Of a DNA stretch of 64,000 nt, positions 40,417 to 52,862 are shown piece after piece. The stretch lies in assembly GCF_006345805.1 (NCBI RefSeq), contig NC_043012.1, positions 12,462,001-12,526,000 of the forward strand, written 5' to 3'. Position numbers and translations under genes: made by a program. Origin of the DNA: Octopus sinensis. Its lineage: Eukaryota. A model generated the notes under the pieces. The model saw only the letters and a program-made list of their open reading frames with translations. It was not told where the DNA came from and did not search any database. How positions within the stretch are numbered: position 1 is the first letter of the stretch; each line of letters begins with the position of its first letter.

Positions 40417-41911
40417 TTATTTGTCTGTCTGTATGTCTGTCTGTCCACCTTTGGAGTCCCGAGTAGTACATGATATGAACACATTAATTTTACCTCCGCT
40501 TCCTTAAGTTATATATTCAACGTTTGTATAGGATATGAAAGTGGCGACGAGATATTTGAGGTCACACTTCTAAGCGCAATACGAAATAACTATCCTACCT
40601 TTAGGTGTGTAGACATTACGCACATCCAGTGAAGTTTAAACAAGAAAAAGACGTACCTTGAGTTATTGCCCTTAAAGACTAACGCTCTCATCGCTAGAAC
40701 ATGGTTGAAAGCATACAATTATAGTAACAAGAAGTAGGTAATTTCGACGAACAAAATGTAATAATATTCAGTCATCATTTCTGCCCCTTTCCACTATTTC
40801 ACTTCACATACTTCTCTACTTTATCCTCCTTTCTTTCTCTTTCTCCTTTTCTTTCCTTCTGTCTTTTTCTCTCTTTTACATGTGTTAACCTCTAACATAG
40901 TTCTAGCCACATAAGTATTGAGATATTTCCATGAATTTCTTAATATTTCGAAATGCTTTAACTGATGACGGTTTACGTAATGGATGGATTTCGTAGTGTA
41001 TATTACGTAAACTTGAAACGTACGTATTACATCACTATCTTGATTGACTTCATTATCACAACTTTGTGTGTGTATGTGTGTATCTGTGTGTACGTGTAAG
41101 TGTGCATGTATGTACGTCTGCGTGTGTCTATGTGTGTGTATATTTGAGACATTAATGATGATAGCTAGATATTCCATTTTTATACTTGAATAATTAATAC
41201 CATCATAACATCTTTTCATCTAATGTGCTGTGATGACTTTTATAATAACGACTCTCAGAAAACAGTGGCGACAAAACTTTATATTTGGTAGAATATATTT
41301 CATTCGGATGTTTCCATGGGTTGTTTTGTGTTTGGTATGGTTTTATAATTGTGATTTCGGTAAAATGTTTTATAGAAATTGCATTCGTGTTTATGAGAAT
41401 ATGGAAGACTGTGGGTTACAGTGTATTTGTATTTTGTATTTGCGTTTTCATAATGAAAGCAACCTTGTGAATTTATTTACTAAGAACTTTCCATGTATTG
41501 GCTTTTGAAGCTTAGCTATTTTATGGGGTAAATTGCCAGCTGTTGCATTTATTGCATATTCATTTGCTTGGCAACACTTTAAAAAGTATACAAGCAAGGG
41601 AGGTCACTCTGACATTATCGTTAATTAAGGCAGGAAATATATTTGAATAAAAACGAAGAATATCTCTTATTTGGATTTAATGCTACTCCTGTTGGTATGA
41701 TTTAGGGAAATTAAGAATACATCATCACATGCGAATGCGTGCTGCGATTAAGTATTTATTCTTATTCATTTTTTAAAAATTAGTCTTTCAGGGTTTTTCT
41801 ATATTTATTAAATTTCAAACAATCGTTGGAGGAGTCCTCTGAACACTGGCAACACACACCTGGTGTCAAAGAAATAATATAAAAGTACAATAATATTACA
41901 TACAGACTTAC

Positions 41912-42330
41912 GGCGGTGAGCGGGCAGAATCGTTAGCACGCCGGGCGAAATGCTTAGTGGGATTTCGTCTGCCGCTACGTTCTGAGTTCAAATCCCGCTG
42001 GGGTTGACTCTGCCTTTCATCCTTTCGGGGTCAATAAATTAAGTACCAGTTACGCACTGGGGTCGATGCAATCGACTTAATCCGTTTGTCTCTCCTTGTT
42101 TGTCCCCTGTATATTTAGCTCCTTGTGGGCAATAAAGAAATAAGAATCGTTAGCACGCCGGACAAAATGATTAGTGGCATTACGTTATGAGTTCAAATTC
42201 CGCAAAGTTTAGTTTGCATTCAATCTATTCCGAGTCGGTAAAATAAGCATCATTTGAATATTGTGGTCGATGTAATCGACATACATATCTCATGACTCTG
42301 CTGGTCTTGTGCCAAAATTTGAAATCAATA
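41912..42330 (+). mobile_element. Tandem SINE family B copies (full-length plus diverged variant)
   Basis: Two successive GAATCGTTAGCACGCCGG heads at about 41927 and 42144. Confidence 0.8.
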
Positions 42331-43038
42331 TTACATAAGGAATTTTAAACAAAGTATTCACACACACACACACTCGCGCGCGTGTATGTGTATCAATGAA
42401 CTTCTGCGGTGTTTGCACTCTAGAAATGTTATAAGCCTTGGCATACCAAAACAAATCAATGAAAAACAACACAGCACATAATTGATCTCTTCATGCTCCC
42501 ACATGCAGACATACGTCATTAAATTTTGTAAAATAGACACAATCAAACATACTTTCACACATGTACTTCCATCAGTAAATGAACACGAAAACACTGAACC
42601 CTCTCAAACATAAAAATCAATGAAAGAGTAAATCAAATAAAGAGAAAAAAATACGAGAACAAAACACAATTGTTTACTCCACTCTTTTTGTTTTAAGAAT
42701 CAATATACAATGATGGAATAATAGACTTTACTCCACAAAACCTGACGAGCCATGTTATTGTGAAAATAATGGTTGTATAAGGACAGCAAAGGAAATTGCT
42801 AATACACACGCACACACACACACACAACGGCACACACAAGCATACATTTATGTATGTATATATGTTCGCGCGTGTGTGCATGTCTGAGGAGAAAGAAATA
42901 TAAAATGTTTGAACCGCATCATAGTTTAGTGCAGTGTAATGTGAACTGGTTGTTAGTAAAATAAAATGGCATCATGTTTTATAACGATATATATTGTTAA
43001 ACCTCCTAACACAGAAAATAATGCTTTTTATTTTACAG

Positions 43039-43226
43039 GAGTATTGGTTTATTTTGCCATGAAAAAGAACCAGGATGTATTTCACTCGTGAACGATTGCT
43101 GCGTGAATTTGAAAAGCCGTCGCACAAGATCTGACATCAACACATTTTTTGAGACATTATCATGTAATATTGTCAGTTCGGAATATGGAGGACAGTTCGA
43201 TGTTTTTTCCTCTCTTATTGTATCAG
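43039..43226 (+). CDS. ECT2L: ECT2L coding exon 10 (SIGLFCHEKEPG...EYGGQFDVFSSLIVS)
   Basis: tttattttacAG / GTCAGT; SIGLF and GG.(V)D.F motifs as in ECT2L DUF4347; 188 nt, phase 2-1. Confidence 0.88.
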
Positions 43227-44336
43227 GTCAGTAATGATATTAACATTGTTATAAGATAAATTAATAACATATTTACTGAGTTTCACTTTTATCACCGCAT
43301 CATTCATATTAATGGAAAAAGTATACAAAATCAATTAATAAGCGAAAATTCATGGATATCTCAATCAAATTCAAAATTTTAAAGTTTTTATTTGTTAAAT
43401 TAGTGCATTTTCTTTCGATCTAATTTATTTCAAATAAGACCAAATATATAGATTCTGAAATAAGTGGGGTTATAACAGGCTAATGAAAAGCTGGTAGGCG
43501 GGGTAAAACTTCGAAATTAGCGTCGGAAACAGAATTAGTTCCAAATAGCATTCTGCACATCTTAACGGTAGACGTACCGTAGAAAGCCACATCACTGCGG
43601 TATTTCTCTTGAGAAAGCATCTCGTATAAAGCATACAATAGACTCAATAGCATCTAACAGAGACTGCTGAATTTCTAAAGCCGAATATCTACGTCTTTGC
43701 GGATCATCAGTGATAGTAGCTCACTATCATATAATCAACCTTAAGGAAGATATTTAGAAACCTGTCCTGAATTAATACAGCTTCTGTCACTAATAAGTAT
43801 TTTTTGCTCAGCCCGTCAGCTAATTGCAAAGACAGCGATTTGTTAATCATTGTATTTTTTTTATATCAGTAGAGGCTAACTTTGTCTAAGCATGCGGCTG
43901 ATATTGCATACATGCTTCTGTAGTTGGTGAAAGATTTTCATAAAAGTTGTCGTCTGCTTAAGAAAGATATAAATAAAACAGAGTGACACGAATGTCTGCG
44001 ATTGAAACTCTTCGTAATGAGTGTGCATACAGTTTCTTTGTTCAGTTGTTGTAATAGAGATATCTTTAGGTAAGTCGTATGTGTGTGTGTGAAATTCGTG
44101 CGAAATGTCTGTAATTCTTATGTGTATTTGTGTGTGTGTTTGTGAAATTGAAAGAATGTGTATGTGTGCGCGTGCATTCGCGAGTGTGTGCGCGCGCGTG
44201 TGTGTGTGTGTGTGTGTTTGTATCACTGGTCTTTATACGTCAAAGTTAGTGAAGTGATTTTATTGTGAATCAAGAACGCGTCAGTTTTCGTATTATACTA
44301 TCATATAACCATTGTTCTTTTTCTTTTGCCTCGTAG

Positions 44337-44426
44337 AAAACGGGACAGATTTAATGGTAGAACTTAAATCGGTGACAAATATGAAAATTTCATCTCCATC
44401 TTCAGTTATAGGAGGACCAATGAAAG
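44337..44426 (+). CDS. ECT2L: ECT2L coding exon 11 (ENGTDLMVELKSVTNMKISSPSSVIGGPMK)
   Basis: ttttcttttgcctcgtAG / GTATGC; aligns by eye with EAGIEVLSQLSQLTG..F.APT; phase 1-1. Confidence 0.82.
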
Positions 44427-46442
44427 GTATGCTGAATAATTAATGTATCTTTAATGGGATATTGAAGCGTTGCTCAATTTGTTTCATATTTTTCGCTGAG
44501 TCTTTTTTTCACTTTCGTTTAGTCAGGGCAGAATGGCATTACTCATGTCCGTTTACATGAGCCTCCGATACACTATTAACGAAAATATCCTCAAAACAGA
44601 TGTCTAGCTGAATAATTGAAGCGGAGAGAACTTCGCTAAAAGCACCAGTGAACCATGTAAGACAACAAACTAAGTAGTTGTTCTACACTGAACGGCAAAT
44701 GAACTATACTGTCCTAGTTCGCTATTATGAGATTTGAGATCACAACACAAAGAGCAGCTACAAATATCTCAAGGTATCTCATCCGACCCGCTAACGTTTG
44801 CAGCAATACGCCACACAATAGTTATCGACCTTGGAAGGATGACAGGCGGAGTTGGACAGGGGGATGTATCAACTCACAATACCAATGTTTTAATGATTGT
44901 GCTAGTCCGGCGTCTAATTGTTGGTGTCAATTTTGAACATATTTTATAACAACTGCTTAGTTCTAGTACAACTTTATATAAAACAATCTCTTATATGTCT
45001 TCCAATAGCTGTTTTAATTATTTATACCATAAGATATTAGTTTCTCTCATTCAACGTCTATAATTAATTTGTTTTTCGTAGCTAACTTCTAAATCATTAG
45101 CTATTTATACCATCAGGTTCAAAGCTCGTTCTTCACTCGAAAAGTTACTCGAAAGAGGCAACAACCCCGTAATACAGGTACTTATTATTTTCAGCATCTT
45201 CGTGTGTATACTATCAAACAATTAGGCCTCTCGTTCAGAGTCCATGCTAAGAGCCATAGAGAAGTACAGCTTCAGAGATTGCTTTCAAGAAATCCATTTT
45301 CATATTGTCATGTATGGTGGAGTTTGATATATCGATCAGCTTGAGGAAGATAATGGATATCAAATTGAGGAAGATGTTTGACATTTAACCTTATTGTCAT
45401 TAGTCGCGATATAAACTGCCGTGAAAATGATACTGATATGGTCATGCAACCGACATTGTTCTGCTTCTAACATCATACTGCTCAGCACCCAATAAAAAGA
45501 GAAAGCAAGCAGAACAATTGGAAATATAAGAAGATGGCTCTAAGTGGTCACTACGGATAGCTGTCCAATCGCTCTGAAATCGCACTCTACTGATTTATAA
45601 CAATGAAACATTGCACAATCGAGGCAGATCGGATGATGAGGCTCAAATGAATTGCGGTAACTTCACGACATAATACACTTTTACATGTGGCTACAGACAA
45701 GAATGAAACATCGAGTAATATTCTTTCTATTAAAGGTGCATAGAGGCCTGAAATTTGGTGGGTAGTGGGGTTTATTTGGTTATATCGACCCCAGTTTTTC
45801 ACTGTTACTCAATTTATCGATCCCGAGAGGATAAAAGGCAATGTCGACCTCGGTAAAATTTTAACTCAGAACGTAGCGACGGGCGAAATACCGCTAAATA
45901 TTTCATCCAGCGTGCTAAGGATTCTGCCAGCTCTCCGCCTTGAAACGTCGAGTAATATAATATAATACTGTCCCTTTCTCTGCTTCCTAGAGACGTCTGC
46001 TCAGCCTACGCATGCGCGTGAATACACATCGACTCATTTTTGGCCAGCAATTTTAGGAATAGGGAAAAAGTAGATTACATCGACCCAATATTTCACAGGT
46101 ATTTTCTTTTAAGAATCTGAAACTATAAAAGATTCAGTCGACCTCAGCAGCATTTGAACACAAAACGTAAAGAGCTGAAGAACTGCTACAAAGCATTTTG
46201 TCCAACATATTGGTATTAAGGACTCAGCCAGCCATACACACACATGGACAAAAAAAGCTCTATGTAACATAACTTATACACTGCCTATGTGTACGCAGAC
46301 GTGTATATATATATACATACTAAACCCCAAACATATACAGACACACAGACACATACATATGTTTATATGCATACAAACATACACACACACATATATATAT
46401 ATACACACACATACATATACATATATATGTATAATATATTTG

Positions 46443-46482
<40 letters not shown>

Positions 46483-46558
46483 CGTGTGTTTGTGTGTGTG
46501 TGTGTGTGTATAATCATATTTCTATTTTTATAAATTATTCTTTGCTTCTGTGTTTCAG

Positions 46559-46747
46559 TGCTTGGCATTTGGTTATATGAAAATCACGAGTTCGCAGGCT
46601 GTTCTTCATTGAACTACTTCGATAAGAACAAGCTAAACAGTTGGGTTAACACGGCGAAGCTGACAGAGGAAGCTGTATCCCATTGCAAACAAAACCTAGC
46701 TCTATACTTCGACCAATTCCAACATAACATTATGTACCGACTTGTAG
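46559..46747 (+). CDS. ECT2L: ECT2L coding exon 12 (VLGIWLYENHEF...YFDKNKLNSW...IMYRLV)
   Basis: ttctgtgtttcAG / GTATGT; YF.K.KL.SW motif; 189 nt, phase 1-1. Confidence 0.87.
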
Positions 46748-47609
46748 GTATGTGTCTAATAATAGAAAAATCAATACCCTACACTAAACCTATTTTATTC
46801 GTTATTTTTATGCTTAGTTACGGTGAGTGTATGTGGTGTGAGGAATAGCTTAGCATAATGTGATGGAGTGAATTTATAAAACCGAAGACATTCATGACCA
46901 TAATAGCTATAATATTTTTCTTATATGCAGTCGAGTACAATATACTAATTAGAAATGCGTCTGTGTCTATTTACAGCAATAATAATTATCGGGTTCGTTA
47001 AGAGAAATGTAACATCACGTTAAATTTCAGGACCCAAAGCTTTAATTAAAGGTTATAATAACATTTCACGTTCAGGTGTTTGCTGTAGCATATAAGATTT
47101 ATTTTACACTAGTGCAAGCGATGCATGCACATGTCCACGCGCGTGCACACACATACACACCACACATATACACACGCTTACATGCTCACGTATGTATACA
47201 GGATATATATATGCATATATATATATACGTGTGGTGGGGGCGCTTGTGCGTAAACAGCTTAGTTATATAATGCATCATGCGGATGCTGTAGGATGCATCG
47301 TCAATAACACTTCTGCTGTCAGTACTGGACAGGTACAAAGAAGCCTGGACACATTGAACTTTGAAATAGTTTACTGGCTTGAACTAATGAAACTTAGAGG
47401 AGTTGGTCATGGAAGTACGAAGACTTTGGCGTGATGTATATCTCCATGGCATAAAATGGTGTAGTAATACAGCATTTTATACCATTAAGCCTTCCCCACT
47501 TTGTCTCTATTTTCTCTTTCTCTAAATACCAAGGAATAATCTTCACCCAATTGCATCCCGCTTTGACCTAATATATATACATATACATATATGTGCGTAT
47601 GTGTTTTAG

Positions 47610-47650
<41 letters not shown>

Positions 47651-48344
47651 GCGCATGCATGTATAGATTCACATTTGTTTGTTGTGGTTGTGCATAAATG
47701 TATATATGTGTACACGTGCGTTCATGTTATTTCGTATTTTTCACTTATTTTAAACAAAATTATGAAAGAATTTCCGTATTCTCTTTTTTTTCTGTCGTTT
47801 TAAATGTCTTTTATATTCTCAAGATACATCTCTTTCACACCGAACCCTTTCAAAGAACATCGTAAAATATTAAACTCAAAATTAAATTATTTCCGATCCT
47901 AAAATAGATACGCTGCTTCTTTTTAAGGCCAACCTTATGAGATCACTAATATATTTAAACTAATGCAGTGCAACATGTAATAGAAGCATTTTAAAGTACC
48001 AAGAAAACAGTAGATAAGGAATTAGAATAAGAAATGTTTAATTGAATTACAGGTCACTGTCAGGAGAATTCTCTTCGTCGTTTTCATTTTTGTGGAATCC
48101 TGCGTAGTTGTATAGGATACCGTACATATATCGGCATGTATAATAAGTGTTTCATGTAGAATTAACAGATAGTAGAGTTTACGTTTTAAAACTCATACAC
48201 ACAACCAGTCTCTAACTTTCATTTACAAATACACACATAAAATAACCATAAACAATACTCTTAAAGAAGCAAATTTACAAACACGTTTTCATTATTAAGT
48301 TGCGCCTTTCCTTTCTGTTGTTATCTTGTTTACAGTGATACTAG

Positions 48345-49257
48345 GTGTATAAGTGGGAGTGTGGATATGATATGTTACTATTAAGTCCTAAATTTTCACT
48401 TCTAATGCATATTAGGCGTTTATTGTTTATTACCATTAATTTTTTCAGACAAACAAAGAAGGAAGTGTGGAAGCTCTAGATTCGTAGCGATTTAATGATA
48501 AGCTTGAATTTTGGCGTTCATTTTCAAACACTTTGCTGATATGTGTTCTCATATTCTCAAATGTAAATGTTGGTCTCTTTGACTTAATCATCGAGATCTT
48601 TGATATTTCTTCGAAATAACCTTGATTTATAGAATAACGCACGCGTAAATTGTATCACCTGGATTATGTCCCAATCCACTATCTAGAAGAAGCTATACCA
48701 ATAACACTTAAACACTCTATAACGTAATTAGTACTACCATCATCAAGAAATTATTCACATGACAATACAGGACATATTGGTTCGAAATTTTAACAAAAGG
48801 CAAGCAAATCCCGGAGGCGGTTAAGTCAGGTACATCGCTCCCAGTACTCAACTTGTTCAAATAGGCAGCTAGATAACTGTGAAATCCTATTTATGTCCTC
48901 AAACAACAAGGAATTTGGTTAATGTGGCCCTTATACGGAGAGTCTGAAAAGTTCGCGAGGGCTTTTGCTGGAACATCTCTGGTTAAAGATCTTCTTAAAG
49001 ACAAAACAGCGACATGTCAAAAATATTTTCTTTCGATTGCACCACACTGCAAAACTCATTACATTTTCCCTTAAAACTACGTGTATAAGTGAGAGTGTGG
49101 ATATGATATGTTACTATTAAGTCTTAAATTTTCACTTCTAATGCATATTAAGCGTTTATTGTTTATTACCATAAATTTTTTCAGACAAACAAAGAAAGAA
49201 GTGTGGAAGCCCTAGATTCGTAACGATTTAGTGATAAGCTTGAATTCTGGCGTTCAT
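48345..49257. repeat. Two direct repeats of about 177 bp (48345-48521, 49081-49257), 9 substitutions
   Basis: Manual alignment, about 95 percent identity, 8 of 9 differences are transitions. Confidence 0.9.
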
Positions 49258-49740
49258 ATGTGTTCAAGCTAAACCCCTGTCACTTCGACCTTCTCACTTC
49301 TATTAGAGCCAGTAAAAGTATGCAAAATAATAAAAAAACTCTTATCAACAATAACAAATTAGTTACAACAAAAGCAGCCGTAGTAGTTTTAACCAGAATA
49401 CTAACCTGTTAGAATACGTTAAAAAGTATTGCGTCATCAATGGGCTTTCATATTTTGTGTTGTCTACCATTTTGTCGGCGGCCATATTAAGTAGAACTTT
49501 GATCGCATTACACAAATTATGGGCCAAATATGTTTAAGTCATAAATCAGTGGAGAGAATACAGTTCAGACTAGTCTGCGACAGAAGGGTAGGAGTAAACG
49601 AATCGGTGTAGCGATAGTTATTGAGAGAAGAAAAAAAACAGCGAAAAAAAACGGTAAAGTAAAAAATCATTTGATGGTGAAAAATGAGAATAGAGAATGT
49701 TCGAAAAAAGATGTATGTCTCTGTATATTTGTATATGTGC

Positions 49741-49780
<40 letters not shown>

Positions 49781-50701
49781 GAGAGAGAGAGAGATGGCTA
49801 GAAAAACATGAGTGAAAACAAAGGAATATTCCTAATGATGGCAAAATATGAGTATAAAATCGAATAGTAAATAATGTGAGAAATGTAGAGAGTAAGTCAG
49901 AGATGCAAATAGGAAATAACATTGGGACTTCGATAGAGAGAGGGTGAGAGTGAGACAGAAAGAGACGATTGTACTCGTGTGTGTGTCTGTGTGTATGTGA
50001 GACAGTATGTAATATGTACAGAGAAAACGAGCAAAGGTTAGTATGATACTGATTAGTGAGAAAGTTGAAAGTCAACCCAAAGTTTATGAGAGACAGAGGG
50101 AAAGGAAGAAACAAAGAAAGAGAGGGGAAATAGAAAGGGAGAGAGAGAGAGGAGAAGAGAGGAAGAGAACAAATATGATCAGTTATTTGAATATCTGAGG
50201 CAGAGATAAATAGATTAAAAGAAGTATGAAATTATTGGTAGAAATCATGGGTTATTTAGCTATAAACAAAATGGTAAATAGAGAGACAGAAAGACTAAGA
50301 AAGAAGAAAAGAGACCAGGAGAAAGTGATAAATTAAAAGAGAGAGAGAGAGAGAGAGAGAAGAGAGTAGTAATGCTTTGTTTTGGAATCGCTCCTTTATT
50401 TGGGAAAAATATTAAATTCTTGATAGTTCCTCGTATGCCTATCCTACGATTTTGGACCATATTTGTTTTCGAGGTGTCTTCAGAGAAATTCACACGGTTG
50501 CAAATATTCAAGCCAATACAACAGTTTGTTTATACCTTCAAAACATCTCTCTAGGACCCTGCAAAATGCAAACAAACACAATAAAAGATAGAAAAATTAG
50601 CAATATCGAGGTAGTTGAGCCTTCTACACATCTAGCGTGTTCTAATGTGTAGCATCAATTCTTAATCAGTAATATTTCACTTCATATATATTACGTGACG
50701 T

Positions 50702-50997
50702 GGAGGCGCAATGGCCCAGTGGTTAGGGCAACGGACTCGTGGTCGTAGGATCGTGGTTTCGATTCCCAGACCGGGCGTTGTGAGTGTTTATTGAGCAAAA
50801 ACACTTGAAGCTCCACGTGGTTCCGGCAGGGGATGGTGGCGATCCATGTTGTACTCTTTCGCTGCAACTTTCTCTCACTCTTTCTTCTGTTGGCCTCCTC
50901 TCCTAGCCAGCGAGGTGGCGCCATTTGAAGGCTAAAACAATGCGAAGAGCATTGGGACCAGCGAGGTGTAGCAACATCTGATAGCCTGGTCGGTCAG
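50702..50997 (+). mobile_element. tRNA-derived SINE family D (minus copy at 35625-35872)
   Basis: GGAGGCGCAATGGCCCAGTGGTTAGG...GGTTTCGATTCCC tRNA-like head with a non-tRNA body. Confidence 0.78.
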
Positions 50998-51226
50998 TTT
51001 TGCATAATAAGTACAAAAAAACGAACGGTTTTCTCTGAAAAATCTGACAATGTCTAAAATATATGAAGAAATACTATTCATAAACGACATAATACATATA
51101 TGTAGCAGTTTTGAGGCGTGAGTGTATGTATATGTGTACATATCTGTATGTGTATGTGTTTATACGTATATATGTGTAAATGTATTAGCATATGTATGTG
51201 CTTATCCATGCATGCACGTATGTATG

Positions 51227-51262
<36 letters not shown>

Positions 51263-51413
51263 TTGTTGAAATGGAAAGATGAATTATCTTGTTACGGATT
51301 ATTCAAAAGTTTAACCGATACCTGGGTAGCAAAAATCACAGCAGAAAAAACACGGTTGGAGATAAGACCATATGGTGTTGCAACCGTGCGTTGGTGCGGA
51401 TAATTGAAGTTTA

Positions 51414-51910
51414 ATATAATTAGTGAATGGAAGAAATGGAGTTGAACGAAGATTGTACAGAATTCCTTTTATTACATTCTACACATGTTTCAAAGGCCAC
51501 AATTTTCCAAATTCTGATTAAATAAGGATACCATATTGCAGCTTTCTCTTCAGGAAAAACCAGGAATTACGTTGTCAGAACAAAACAAAACAAAGGCGCA
51601 GCAAAGCAATTCGAACGAGGACGCTCCTTAAGAGCCCATGGGTAAAATGTTTATCAATGATAAACATTGATAAACATTTTACCCATGGGCTCTTAAGGAG
51701 CGTCCTCGTTCGAATTGCTTTGCTGCGCCTTTGTTTTGTTTTGTTCTGACAACGTAATTCCTGGTTTTTCCTGAAGAGAAAGCTGCAATATGGTATCCTT
51801 ATTTAATCAGAATTTGGAAAATTGTGGCCTTTGAAACATGTGTAGAATGTAATAAAAGGAATTCTGTACAATCTTCGTTCAGCTCCATTTCTTCCATTCA
51901 CTAATTATAT
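51414..51910. repeat. Near-perfect palindrome: 246-bp arms, 5-nt spacer (ATAAA, 51660-64), one T/G mismatch (51442/51882); Penelope-like fold-back
   Basis: Base-by-base reverse-complement comparison of 51414-51659 with 51665-51910; right arm ends in AATAAA...(TA)n. Confidence 0.95.
51756..51863 (+). ncRNA. Type I hammerhead ribozyme candidate (mirror copy on minus strand at 51461-51568)
   Basis: Core CUGAAGA 51771-77; 12-bp stem II 51778-89/51821-32 (one A.C mismatch, G.U pairs); GAAA 51833-36; stem III ACAUGUGU; GUA triplet ending 51844; stem I UUC/GAA plus AAUUCCU/AGGAAUU. Confidence 0.72.
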
Positions 51911-52201
51911 ATATATGTATGTATATGTATGTATATATCTCACTGCTCGAGCGTTAAACTAATACGTCTGTTTGTTCTTTACACACCCGTGTGCATATTT
52001 TGCTTTGTTTTTTTTGGTAAATTCCAGCTATATATGTTTGTAAGTATGTATGCATGCATGTATGTGTGCATTTATGTATGTACGTATGTATGCATGTATG
52101 TATGTATGTATGCAAAGGAACATGACTAGCTGACATCAGCAAACTTAGAAATAGAACATTTACTTTGATCTTTCTCTCAGTCTCTCTTTCTCTCCCCCTC
52201 T

Positions 52202-52242
<41 letters not shown>

Positions 52243-52423
52243 CATATGTATGTATGTGTGTGTGTGTGTGCACGCGCGTGTAGATGGCTAGATAGACAGA
52301 TACATATGTATACGTAAGCACAGGCATGTATACATATGTGTGAATGATATATATTTATATATATATATGCATATATATATACTTATATATATATATTCAT
52401 ATATATATATATGTTTATATATA

Positions 52424-52488
<65 letters not shown>

Positions 52489-52762
52489 GCATATATATAT
52501 TTATATATATATGCATATATATATACATATATATATATATGTATATATGTATATATATATATATATTATATATATATATATATATATCGCACATACACAT
52601 CTATTATTGTCCACTTATTGAATTTCACGTATTGGCATATTTTTTCTTATGCTAGACGCCACATATTTTTTTGTCTTGGTTCCTCGTGTTTTCATGAGTA
52701 TCAGACTTAAAATTAGTAGCAGCAGAAGCAGTAGTGGTATAAGTTATAGTGGTCGTGGTGGC

Positions 52763-52772
52763 AGTAGTAGTA

Positions 52773-52840
<68 letters not shown>

Positions 52841-52862
52841 TAATGTTGTTGTTGTTGTTGTT
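52763..52862. repeat. (AGT)n followed by (GTT)n microsatellite
   Basis: Direct reading. Confidence 0.95.

Noticed and set aside
48449-48495. Duplicated (mutually exclusive) ECT2L exon in the direct repeats
   Set aside because: In the required phase 1 it reaches a stop, and available GT sites give phase 0 or 2, incompatible with exon 13.
48346-49256. Intact LTR/TRIM element
   Set aside because: No matching TSD, primer-binding site or polypurine tract; identity extends past TG and CA.
50702-50780. tRNA gene-like sequence
   Set aside because: It is the head of a SINE; it continues into a repeat body also present at 35625-35872 and lacks a complete acceptor stem.
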